NCBI GenBank assembly: GCA_050575255.1
Contig: JBNZDD010013718.1
Location: 3,786,540 to 3,850,539 of the forward strand
DNA length: 64,000 nucleotides
Direction: 5' to 3'
Origin: Harriotta raleighana
Lineage: Eukaryota
Shown here: piece after piece, positions 38,601-50,694 of the stretch
How positions within the stretch are numbered: the first letter of the stretch is position 1
Layout of the letters: the number at the start of each line of letters is the position of its first letter
The notes under the pieces: model-generated
The model's database searches: none
What the model was told of the DNA's origin: nothing
What the model saw: only the letters and a program-made list of their open reading frames with translations
Program-made: the position numbers and the translations under genes

Positions 38601-41279
38601 CAATTATTCACTGAATATTTTGGACAAAATATTTTAGGTGGAAATTCCAGTGGACGAAGAGTACTGGAGTGAAGTTCTCTTGCCAACTTTTGGGAATAAC
38701 TTTTTTCACCAGAATGTGTTTCAACATTACTCTGACAAGCTCAAAATTAGATGGCTTGCCCATAATTAATCGGAAGCCATTTTCAGAATGCGGCATGAAT
38801 GGTTTTAAACATAAAAATGGGGTGATATTTGCCAGTTGGATGTGTCCGATCTACACATAGAGCAGGTTCAACGGGAAAAGAATGTACAACCAAGGGAGAC
38901 AGGTCTAACCAAGTGAGAGAATGTAGATTTTCAGAATTGCTTTGCTCAGGACATGCTGGATAGCGGGAATGTCTGATCAGGTGTGCAAGGATAGTATTGA
39001 ATACAATTTAGGCTTTGACTTCACTTTCTACAGTTTACCATCAAAACACCACATCACATTAATAGCACATTTAACATTCTCACTTGTTATGGAACTAGAT
39101 TTGACCAATTTTAAGGAAAGTTTAACTAAATATCAACTTACCATAGGCTGGAAATACAGATGTTGTATAATCAGAATTTGTAGGGTTTCCATAAGGATGG
39201 TATAGACACATAACTGCCTGAAGTGATTAAAGCCTTGCAAGTCAAGATATTGCCTTCAAAGATTCCTGATATAGTATCAGTAACAATCTAGGAATGGAGG
39301 CAAACCCAACAGATTTTTCCCACTTTTATTTTAATGGCACATAGGTCAAAACCGTTTCCTAAAAACTAATAGCTCACTTGTGTTTTATGTGAAGTTCTTT
39401 AACCCATGAAGCTCTGTATTTAATCCCAACAATCTCCCAAATAAAACTGGTCACTGATTCCATTGCTATGTGTGGGATATTGCAGTGCACTTTGCTTTGC
39501 AGGGTTAACAGGAGTCGAGTGAGAAGAATCCTTACTCTCAATTGATCAGTCAAGTAATTTCCAAGTCATGCCAGAAAAAGTCAAACTAGATGTTCTACCA
39601 GCAGCAGATCTTACCAACAAGCTGAGAAGAACTCCTAATAAATACAAACTTCAGGGCAGAGGAAGGATTAGAACAGAAACTAAACTGGTAAATAAAGAAA
39701 CAGGACTTTCAAAAACCCACTTTAACAGATATGGAAAGGAAACTGATCTCTGTGAGAAGGTAGCAGTGGCTGAGTGAGATGATCAGAAATAACTTAAAAA
39801 CTAAACTGAATTATTTTAAAAGATACAAGTAAACAAAATATAATGAGTACCAAGAGTCATGCATATGAACACTAAGAGTCATGCACTATTTCCATTGACT
39901 GGGGGAAAAAAAATCCAGAAGATGCACAAATTTCAGCACAGCACGTTATGAAGGAGTTCAAAGAATCAAGCAGATTATTCTCCTGTGTTTACTATATGTA
40001 GTGAATCTTTCAATATCTGCTTGCAACCCAATTTCCCATTCTTAGGGCACACCACACATATAGTACACAAGCAGAATATAACCCCTTGCATCACTTGTGA
40101 TACACCCTACAATATTCAAAGAAAATGGGCAAGGTTCAATTTTCTCTGTATAAAAACTTTGTAAATATCCTGACTGTACTCAAATGATTTGAATTTCCTT
40201 GATATTCAAAAATAAATGTGAGACTTGAACAAAATATTTACAGACCATATGTGCAATTTTTTTTTTGCCTAACTCATTCATGTAGGTCTAAACTTCCCAC
40301 TATAATAACAACTGTTCAACCTGGCACATGACGACAGCAAGAGGAAAAGAGTCAAAGAGATATCAGCAGTTTGTACTGCAGTCCAAGCTCTTCCCTATCT
40401 GTGGAACAGAGGATGGTCCCTTTGTTCTTTAAGAAATGAGACAAACCATTACCCAATGAATAATATAAAAACAAATGCCTACAGTGAATTTCTTCCTTCA
40501 CTCGCAGGTTCTGTATCACCTCGCACAAATCCCCTTTACATGGGAAAAAGGGGCTAGATGGGGTTCTCTTAAATAGGCTGCTGCTTTCAATTACCTCATC
40601 AGCCCAAGCAATGAAGTATTCCCACATGGTTTTTGAACTGGACCTGTTTTGTTGTCCCCAAGCACTTTTCTGCAGTGTCAAAGTCCCACTTTTGCTTCAT
40701 CTGTTTTTCCTCCACTTTGACCACAGAAGTTTTAATAGCATTCTGCCAGCGAGGCCTGACAGTTACGGTATCAGTCTCTACACAAGCCTGATGGGCTGAG
40801 TGAACTCACTAGGCTAAATTTAGGGTGCCTGCGGTTTCATTTCTTTTGATTAAAAAGTACTGAAGGTCAGGTAGAAAATAAAACAGTGGTGGGAAGCTAT
40901 TGGAGCACATGAGCTCCATTCACATGTATGGTTTACCATCCATCCCCTGGGCAGCGAGCGTCGACCTTTGTATTCCCTGCAATGCCAATAAAGGTAGATA
41001 TAAGATAGGCAGAGTTCATTATACTAGCAACGTGCATCTGGTCTGTTGAAAAGTGATGGCTCAACAGACTAAACCTACTTATAAGGTTACCGAGTGGACA
41101 GTGGATTACAAGACTGTAATCCAATTGAGGGAGTCAGAAGAAAATCTAAGCAGTTTGTTCAATAATAGAATTCTGATGCCAGTTTCCCGAGAATGGATTG
41201 GGACCATGGGCCTTCAGGAATTCAAGTTATTCTTAATTAAAATAAACACTGTGAAATGATTCCTTTTATGCTGCAGGCT

Positions 41280-41725
41280 AATAATAAATAATAATAAAAA
41301 TAATAAACCTTACATTTAATATAACGCCTTATCATGACTTTGAGACATCTCAAAGTGCTTCACAGAATATACTGTATTGGCAGGCGTACTTTCAGTCACT
41401 CTGCCCCCAACCTCTGGAACTCCATCCCGAAGTGCCTCCGCCTCGCCCCCTCTCTGGCCTCCTTCAAGTCTCACCTCAAGACTCTCCTCTTCGATGGTCC
41501 TAATGGCAACTCCTGCCTCCTCACCCCCCACCTATCCTTAGCCCGGGTCTAAAGCAGTAACGTGTCTAGCATCCTGGGATGTCCTCCTGACGTGAAAGGC
41601 ACTATATAAATATAATTTTGTTGTTGTTGTAAAGTGAATTGACCATATTTTGCAGGGAAAACCTGATAATCAATTGTGCACAGCAGTGTCCCACAAGCAA
41701 TCTTGATCGACCAAATTATTTTTTA
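41280..41725 (-). mobile_element. Deu-core SINE split by a nested L2 insertion
   Basis: The family sequence CACAGAATATACTGTA|AAGTGAATTGAC is interrupted between 41376 and about 41631. Confidence 0.85.
41377..41630 (+). mobile_element. L2 LINE 3' end nested in a SINE
   Basis: GRRTFSHSAPNLWNSIP..LASFKSHLKTLLF is the L2 ORF2 C-terminus; then GGGATGTCCTCCTGACGTGAAAGGCACTATATAAA and (TTG)n. Confidence 0.92.
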
Positions 41726-41769
41726 ATATATTAACTAAAGGACTCAACAGCAGTCCAACGTTCTAGCAA

Positions 41770-42190
41770 ATAATAATAATATAATAATAATCCTTACATT
41801 TATATTGCGCTTTCCACATCTTACCGACATCCCAAAATGCTTTACAGAATACGACAACGTCCCAAAGTAGGGACCAGAGCGGGGGGTGGGGAGAGGTCGG
41901 GGTAGCGAGAAACAGAGAGGGAAGAAAGGGGGGAAAAGTGTAGGGACCAGAGCAGGGGAGAGGGGTCTTGGTAGTGGGAAGGAGAGTAGGAAAATCGAAT
42001 GTAAATTTGTGGGTGAAATGCGGCAGCCAAATTGCGCACAGCAGTGTCCCACAAACAGTCATGGAAGTGAGTGGGCCAGGAATGAAAGGGGGGAAGGAGT
42101 TATGGGAGGGGTCGGGGTAGGGGGAAGAGAGCAGGAAAACCAACTGTATATTTATGGGCGAAACACGGCATCCAAATTGCACATAGTCAC
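41770..42190 (-). mobile_element. Composite dimeric SINE: two Deu cores interleaved with L2-3'UTR-like pyrimidine segments, plus SINE tail
   Basis: Cores at about 42000-42062 and 42140-42190. The intervening segments resemble the L2 3' UTR at 21290-21345. Confidence 0.75.
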
Positions 42191-42578
42191 GGAAATGGGG
42201 CCGGGGGAGAAAGGGAGAAAAAATGGCAAGGGGGAGACGGAGGGAAAGGTGGGGTGGAGTAAAATCAGGGAGAAAAATGGGGGGAGAAAGGGGGACAAGA
42301 GGGAAATCAGGGAGGACAAGGAGGGAAAAATGTTGGCAATGAGGAAGAAGGAGGGAAAGGTGGGTGGGGGACAAAATCAGGGAGAAATGGGGAGAAAGGG
42401 AGCTAAGAAGAAAGAGGGAGGGAAGGGGGGAAAGAGAGAGAGGGAAGAAGAAGAAGAAAAAGGAGGGAGAAAGGTCAGGGGCCAAGGGGGAATTAAACAA
42501 TAACAACAAACATCAACATCAACAATAATAAACAAAAAGCAACAATAACAATAGAAAGAGCAACAACAACAACAATTA
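42190..42578. repeat. Low-complexity purine (G/A) tract followed by degenerate (CAA)n
   Basis: About 300 bp composed almost entirely of G and A on the + strand, then AAC/CAA repeats. Confidence 0.9.
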
Positions 42579-44499
42579 ACATCAGTCCAGCAACCTCTCC
42601 CTGTCCTCGCCGCCCGTCTGGATGATCTTCAAAAATGCGGGAACCAGGCCAGTTTGCTAGTTTGATTCACTTCCAAATTTAACTGGAGCATCTTGCACTA
42701 TGAGACTATGAAACCAGGTCATTCATGCACAATACAAACAAGTGGATTATTAACCAGCCTGTGTAAATGTCAATTCCTGAAGTTTATTGAATAATTATCA
42801 TCTCAGTGGAGGCAATCAGACTAAACTGAGCACACACACAAGTCCACCAGCATTTTAGAAACTCAATCAATGAATCTTATATGTTGCACATTTAATGTGT
42901 ACATGTTCAACATCTTATTTGTTGCACATTTCACTCTGCTTTCACTAGTGTGCAGCTTAGACTGAACGTGACATGTGTTATTCCATGCTGATAACTACAT
43001 TCAGTGAAAATATACAGCACTGTGACCTCAGATGCTCAGACGTTTAATGTCTAATAAAAAATAGTACACTTACCAGAAAACTAATATAATTTTACTTCTG
43101 AATTAGTCATACACTAAAGACTTATCTGCAAGGAATTTTACTGAGTTAATTTCACGTTTTAGGTTTATATGGCCAATTTGTTTAATTCATATAGCTTGAA
43201 GAGTTAGGAGATGTACGTTTGCCCTAAATATTCATCCCCGCTTCTGAACGGAGCATTGCAATGTATGTTATGAACTTATCAATGAATGTAATAGAAAGTA
43301 CTTGTGGAACTCTCACAGAAACATTCACTTAGCTTCGAACATCTTAAATTCATCAAAAGTTTCAGTGGACTTTATGCTTTGTGGGATTGACGATAATGGT
43401 CTCGAGAGAGATTTCCCCTTTATTAATTGTTTGTTTCTAATGTCACTGTATATAATGTTACAAGAATTTCAGGACTGAAGATAGTCTAACTGCACATCGA
43501 TATCATATACCCCAACTGTCAATGTTGAAATATGGATAAAGGAATCAATGAATTGTACAGATTTCTTGAAAATAGCAACTTGGTTTTAGATTGTAACAAA
43601 ACAGTGTAACTTAGTAACACTTTCAGGTGTTAGTACTTTGGAATGCTACCCTGTCCAAGAGGTATTATATAAATACAAGTTGTTGTACACCATAAGTCCA
43701 TCTATCCGACTCCTTCAATTTCTCTCATGATTCATTCAATGTATCTCTCTCTAAAATAAATAATCCTGAATGCTTTCAGTTGATGGGAATCTGTGTAGTT
43801 CGTTTCTGAAATCAGATAGGTCTTTTAAGGAATATATTGGGTAGAAACATCCTTGGAGCATCAATCAATGACAGATGTGTTACATGAATTCTTCACTTCA
43901 GTCCTTGCAAAATAAAGCTGGGTATAAATTCCACATCTAATTGAACTGGCTAAAAATCTGCAGAGATCAAAAAAGCATTTGCTACAAAAGAGCTCAAGGT
44001 ATGAAATATTTAACATGAATTTGAACCAGATGGGATACATCCTAGATGGCATAGGATATGCCCTGAATTCCTTGAGGAAATGATTAAGGAAATACATGAA
44101 GCTCTAGTTAGTATTTTGGGATTTCTTGGATGCAAATGTTTCACCTGAAGATTGATTGGCAAATTCCTCGTGCTTGGAATAGAATTGAGCAATACTGTGA
44201 GTCTAGAATAAGTAGTCAGGGAAATTATCAAGAGGATTTCATAGAATCCTTTCCATGTTCTACGTGAATATTTCCATTATAGGTTTGGAAATTAATGTGT
44301 GTTGGTTAAAATGTCAAGGAAGAATTCTCGCTTAAAAATGAAGGCAAAAATAAGACATTAGCCCCAACTATTATTGAGAATAATTTATACATATGTGATG
44401 AAGATTATTTACATAAATCAAAATATTTAGTATACATGAACAAGACTGAATAGAGAGGTATAAGAGAGGGGGAAAGGAGAGGGTAGGGAGCTTGTGTAG

Positions 44500-44790
44500 G
44501 ATATAAACATTGGTATAGACAAGTTATGCTGAATGGCCTGTTTCCATGTTAAATCACTCTGGGCAACTCTAAGTACTTGGAACATGCTCCCTATTAAAGC
44601 AGTAAATAATAAGTACATGAATGCCTTTTAAAGAAAAGAACTGGATAAATATCTGGTGAGAAAAGACATTGAAGATTAAAGGGATATTGTTAGACAGAAA
44701 TAGCGGCATGCTCAATGTGATTGACAATCCATACTGTTGGGGCAAATCGACTTGATAGGCCGAACAAACTTACTGTGTGCTCTTTTACTG
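44500..44790 (+). mobile_element. Decayed CR1 3' ends
   Basis: GCTGAATGGCCTGTTTCCATG; TGGAACATGCTCCC..GAACTGGATAAATATCTG..GACTTGATAGGCCGAA, compared with 7500-7700. Confidence 0.6.
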
Positions 44791-45099
44791 TATTTAGGCC
44801 TTGGTTAAAGTTTTGTGATGTTCCCCTGATGTCAAAAGCACAATTTAAATGGAAATTACATTGTATTCATGCGCAAAGGGAATTTAACAGTGACATTGTG
44901 GCAACCAACCACACTCATTCTTTTTCGCTTTGAAAAATGATTACTCACAGTTTCCAAAATTTGTGAAGATGAATGCTATTATTCAGCAATTGTCTTAATG
45001 TTCTTTTAAATGTTATTTACACTATTGTGCTCTGAATAAAAATCTGTTGATTTAATTAACCTTTATCTGTGGAACAGATAGCTGATTAATCTGCATCAT

Positions 45100-45332
45100 T
45101 GTCCCATTCCTACTCCTTCCCACTACCACGACCCCTCTCCCCATGCTCTGGCCCCTACCCTTTTCCCCCCTTCCTTTCCCCTTTTTTCTCCCTACCCCAA
45201 CACCTCCTCCCCCCCACCTGCTCTGGTCCCCACCTTGGGACGTTGTCGTATTCTGTAAAGCGCTTTGGGACATTGATAAGATGTTGAAAGCGCTATATAA
45301 ATCTAAGTATTATTATTATTATTATTATTATC
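45100..45332 (+). mobile_element. Second, 5'-truncated copy of the composite SINE
   Basis: Co-linear with the reverse complement of 41770-41995, including the junction GCTCTGGTCCC..TTGGGACGTTGTCGTATTCTGTAAAGC. Confidence 0.85.
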
Positions 45333-48300
45333 ATCAAACTTTAGTGTTGGCATTGGTACATTGTTACTGTGAACTTCCCTAGCTGTATGCTTTTCCTGCT
45401 GAAGTAATTTACTGTTATTACTTGCAATCTAACAAGGAATGCGGACTCATTCCAAAAGCACATCACCATCGATACATTGTTATCGACAGAGCGCTTGAAC
45501 ACATATATTTTCACAGCATGCTGCAGGAAATTTCATGGCCAGTGTTTGTAATGCTGCAAGACACAATTGTTTAAACTCCAGCAGTTACCCCAACACATAA
45601 TCTATGGTTACCAAACGTTGGCTCTTACCAAGCCCACTGGTAGCTGAGCAGGGTGTATGCCTCTCAGGCATCGACCAAATCGCTCCCTGAAATGGCTTGG
45701 TATTTTCAAGTAAAATAAAGGTTTAAAAGGTCTTGTTTTCCATTTCTCTGGATGACTCTGCGTGCATTATGTATGAGGACAAATCCCGGTCCGAGTGTGT
45801 TGAATGCACCGAGACCAGCCTTAGATGTGTATCATGAGGTGATACTTGGAGTGCCACCACACATCACAAAAGAGTGGGTGCATTTTTCTGAGCTGGAAAT
45901 GATCCATCACAAGGAAGTGGACATGTGCCATCCTAAAGTAATGCTCATAGCTTCAAAAGAAGCTAACACCAAACCTTTTTACCTTTAACTCAAATGCACA
46001 TTTTTGCACAATGGATGAGCATTCTTGTTTACTTGGCACAGTCATGATAAAAAATGATTAGTATTGTTACTGTATAGATATTGAAAGAAGCACAGCTTTT
46101 ATTAAAGACAATCATGAATGCATCTAGTCAGTCAAACAGTCAACAACAGAAACTGACCCAGTATGCAAGGTCTGGATCAAAACACAGATCAAAAAGTCAA
46201 CGGAATTCAAGAAGGATCATTTGATTTTTTAAAAGGAATTCTGTTTGCCAAGATATAGCCTTGAGATTCCTTTGCAGATTTGCTTTCAATGTAATGTTGC
46301 AGCAGTCATAACCCCAGTGTATACAGACATAATTGCCAGTGACAAGAGGGCTGCAAACTGGCAGAGTCTTGATAAGCATTACATGCAGATGACAGAAATC
46401 AGAGATGTATTAGTGCTGCTGTGACATATCGCATTACTGTTGTGAATAAAATAAGAGAGATACTAAATGTTTCGGCAGTTCAAAGCTGGGCCATTTCTTG
46501 ACTCTCTTGTGGGGCCATTATCTCCATTTACTGCCACTGATAGCCTGGTCACAACTGTCATCCAGGGATCCAGTTGCATTTCAATTGAATAGGAACTGTT
46601 AGAGCTCCCTGTGAATCATGAAGTCCTTTAGCACTAGAAAAGCAATTTATGTTAATTATTTTTACACAGCTTTTTTTTCTCTGCACTCTGTTAAAAAGCC
46701 ATGTGACATGTAATCTGAAACTCCTGATATGGGCACAGGTTCTGATAGCATTGACATTAAATGGTTTATCCCTGTTAGAATATAAATTATTTCCACTATG
46801 TCAGACCTTTGGGAATGGCGCTCTGTCAATTTGGCTTCGTCGTAACATCATTTAATGTCATCAACAAACTGAGGGATAAAATTTCATTCTAACATGAAAT
46901 TTTGGACCAGATACACCCTTTATATTGAGTTATCAAGCTTAGATGATCAGCATGCCTTGGAACTAAGGTGTCAGGTCCAGTGATATCAAATAACGCTTTT
47001 ATTCAGAAGAAAGATATTTAGACAGCCTTAAAGGTCAACTGACAATACTTGAGATTGTTACATATTAACAGGTTTTATATGTGTAAAATATATGGATCAA
47101 ATTGTCTTTTTTTTTCTTCGAGATGATGTTATTTCTTATTTTTCCTTACTTTTAAATAATAAGGAGCCACAGTTCAGGTTCTGTACATGATTTGGTTAGC
47201 TGTAACACCCTGTCTATAATAATATGGTAAATCATGTCAGAAATGACAATACCGGGGCATAATCCATCAGTGCTGATCAACTGGTTAGCTTCGAATATAA
47301 AGTATAGGAAACATATGGTACCTGCTGTGACATTGTCACTCTTGACATCAGTCACCTTGAAATACTTGAAAGCGTTTCTCTTTCGAAGAGATTCTTTGAA
47401 ATCCAATGGTTAAATCCATTTAGGAGAATTAGACATGAAAATATACATGCTGTTAAGCAAACTAACATTTGGTAATAAAACCTCACCCTGATAGATGCAT
47501 ACTTCCATTCCGTTTAATATCAGAATCAAGTCCATTTTAACATATCCATTGATCCTTTAAAAACAATTATAGATAGTTTCAGTGAATTATATTTTTTAAC
47601 AAATTGATGTCCATATCCGTTTACTTCTTCTCAATGTTTTTATCAGGGGTTGAGGGTTGAAAAAGTAAATATGGAGTAAATGGCTTCCACTGATTGGTAG
47701 TCAGGGGGGTTTCTAATCGCAATCATTTTATTCATTGAAGCAATATTATACAACTCTTCAGCAATGTAAAGAGAGCATTACATAACTCAGGGAGTGAGTT
47801 GTGCTGTACACGACAGAGTCCTTGATGTAGCGATGGAATCGATATTAAGCAAACCAAATCACCTTGATCCTGTGAGAGTAACTGTTTGTTATAGAAAACA
47901 GAATGAAAGAATGCTGAAATCCTTTCATATTAATGAACTTTATCAACTGGTTAGGCCAAAAGTTACCGTGTTATATAGGTAAATCTTATAAATCCATATA
48001 ATATAAGCTCCAGTCACCATCTCGCAAGCATTTGGGGTTATTATTGTGTTTTACCATCAACAATAAATTCCTTATTTCTGTTTTGCTTCTCAATGACAAT
48101 ATCCACATTCTTTGTGCAGTTGATTGGGAATGTTATTGATTGAATTAAAAATCCCAAATAGCTCTAACTAGCTTTGGACAAATAAATAATTGAATATATA
48201 TTTTTTGCTGGCTTGCTATCAGATTCAGGCACAGCGTGTCATTAGTCAAAGTACAAAAAATTATGTTGAGGAATGATTTCACACTACTTTTAATTATATT

Positions 48301-49244
48301 GTCAATTTGTCCACAATCTATTTAAAATCTGTGCATCATCAATTGTTTTTCCCCTGCCAGACGCTTTCGATTTAACATATTTCCAATCTCACTTATCCGA
48401 CCACGTAGGGAGGAGGGGACACCCAGCTTCTCTTTCTGAAAATGATGTATTTGTTAAGCAATGATAAGATTAAAATTATGTTGCATCGAAGCTCAGACAG
48501 CTGAGTTATGATGATTTCTCTTATAATTAAAGAGCCTCTACAAAATCCAATACAATCGAGCTTCTAAGCTGGACAAGATGGTCATTAATTGTGGGACTGA
48601 TAAAAGGATTTAGGACATCATTACAATGAAGTCACTTTGCTCTTATCTCGCTTGCCATATTACTGTACCAGCAAGAAATTGTAGTAGTACTTGTTGGGGG
48701 AGATATATACTTTTATATGAAACAAAATTGATGGCATACTTTACTGCCTTCTCTTCAATGAATTGTTCTGTTTTCAGTCATTCTACTCTAATTTGCCAGC
48801 ATCTTTACTTTGTAAAATGTATCAAAACTTTCTGCCAATAATCTAAGATTTACAATATACAGTAACACATATGGTGGGGGGAAGGGGGAGGTGGGGTGGA
48901 AGCAGTATGTAATAATAAGAATAATTTCCTCCTTGCCCACAATTAGCTCTTAACCAGCTGTATGAAACACATTAGGACGAGTTAATGACACAGACTACGT
49001 ATTTGTTCTGTCTCATAAAGATAAGTACGTTGGTTTCCACCATTTCAAATCAGTTTCATCTGATCCTAAAATGTAATAGAATTGATCTGTTTAATATTGC
49101 CAATGTCAGAAGTGTTTGGTTCCATGTTAAGAGTGGAGTGAGACTTGCTTGAGACCAGTGAAATAATGAATCATTCACATTTTCTTTCAGTGTGAAGACA
49201 AAAAGTATTTAGACGTTTCTTTGAGTACTCTTCGACTGCGCCTT

Positions 49245-49354
49245 TGGTCACCTTTCTACCCCTACCTCGGTCCCAGGATCCACTATTGTGAAGCGCTCTG
49301 AGACGTCATCCGGCATAGAGCGAGCTATATAAATCAAAGTTGTTGCTGTTGTTG
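49245..49354 (+). mobile_element. L2/SINE 3' tail fragment
   Basis: GTGAAGCGCTCTGAGACGTC..GCTATATAAATCAAAGTTGTTGCTGTTGTTG. Confidence 0.7.
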
Positions 49355-50384
49355 TGCCCCCAGTTAATCTTCTATAAATTAACCTACATTTATCAAATAA
49401 ATCTAATACAGTTCAAATGATCCAGTCAGATCTCCTATGTATGACAAATCAAGAAAACTCAAGAATTTTGAATCCTTGTAAACCCTAGACACTTATATTA
49501 GAGTTACATATGAACACTTTAAAACTGTGTTGCTAACTACCAATAAAGGTGGGAGGGAACAACCCAATTATATAAATTAGTAGAAAGACACTATGTGTGG
49601 GTACTGATTCTGTAAGTTCATGTTGATATGAACACAGCATATTATAAAATTAAAACCATTAGCCAAAATGATGAAGAACCTGCCAGATACATCTTCACTT
49701 CTCCCTATTAAATGCTTTCTCAGCAACTAAACAAATATGTTTACAACTTGATACTTCATGTGCTCTGTATGACATAGTATGTTTGTATGCTGATGGATAG
49801 CATTATGGTGAATACACCCTTTGTAAATCTAGTTAATCTTTTTGAATTAACTGGGGCAAGACCTTCTTGATCTGAGTATCATAGCATAATATTTTTGATT
49901 AATATTTATTTCATTCAAATTCACATCTCCAATTTGGTTTTAAGAAAAAGCAATCAGTTTTGATTGCAACAGCATTTAAAAATATGAATTAAGGCCCACA
50001 ATAAGAATCTTTGCATTTGATATGGGGTCTTTCGGGTAAGGAGAATATCTCAAAGCAATTCACAGGATATACAGCAAGGTTCACTGACTGTTTTGTGGAC
50101 AACTCTAAACATATGATTCTAAATAATTTAATTTAAACTTTTAAGGTTTGTCACCTCCCTACCATTTCTCATATTTCTGATCATTCCACCCTAACTACTT
50201 CTATATTCATACTTCTTTCCACAGTTACCTACATTGTGTTATACACTTTCATTCATTATTTCCCTATGTCACATAATGCGGCACAATATGTCTCTCCCAT
50301 GCCTTTGAATGCTGTCGCAAGTTCATTAGAATAAGTGTCAGCCTGGCTTGTTTAGTTCAATCTTTCCTCCGAGGTCTTGTTTTC

Positions 50385-50605
50385 CTTTGCAAGTGGATGT
50401 TAAAGATTCTGTGACAGTATTCAAAAAGATAAGCGTGTATCTCCCGATGTGCTGGTAAATACTTTGACACATAAAATCGGTCACAGCTGTTTGTGAGCCA
50501 TTGCTGTGCACACATTGGCTGCCACATTCGCCTACAAAATACACAGTCACAACACTTCACAGGATATTCGTGAAATGCTTTGAGACATCCCCCTGATGAC
50601 ATATA
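50385..50605 (+). mobile_element. Long-form DeuSINE fragment
   Basis: AAGTGGATGTTAAAGATTCTGTGACAGTATTCAAAAAGA..CTCCCGATGTGCTGG..TGCTGTGCACACATTGGCTGCC..TGCTTTGAGACATCC. Confidence 0.8.
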
Positions 50606-50694
50606 CAACCTCGCAATGTCCCACAAATAGCCATGAAGTGATTGACTAATTTTATCTGGGGGAGTTTCTAAAGCACAACAAGAAAAACTCTTCA

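Noticed and set aside
41763-42509. Longest ORFs in the window (248 aa minus, 205 aa plus)
   Set aside because: They arise from the low-complexity purine tract and SINE sequence, which lack stop codons by composition.
45750-45990. 78 aa ORF, with an alternative frame containing CVEC
   Set aside because: No recognisable domain and no AG acceptor after the pyrimidine run.
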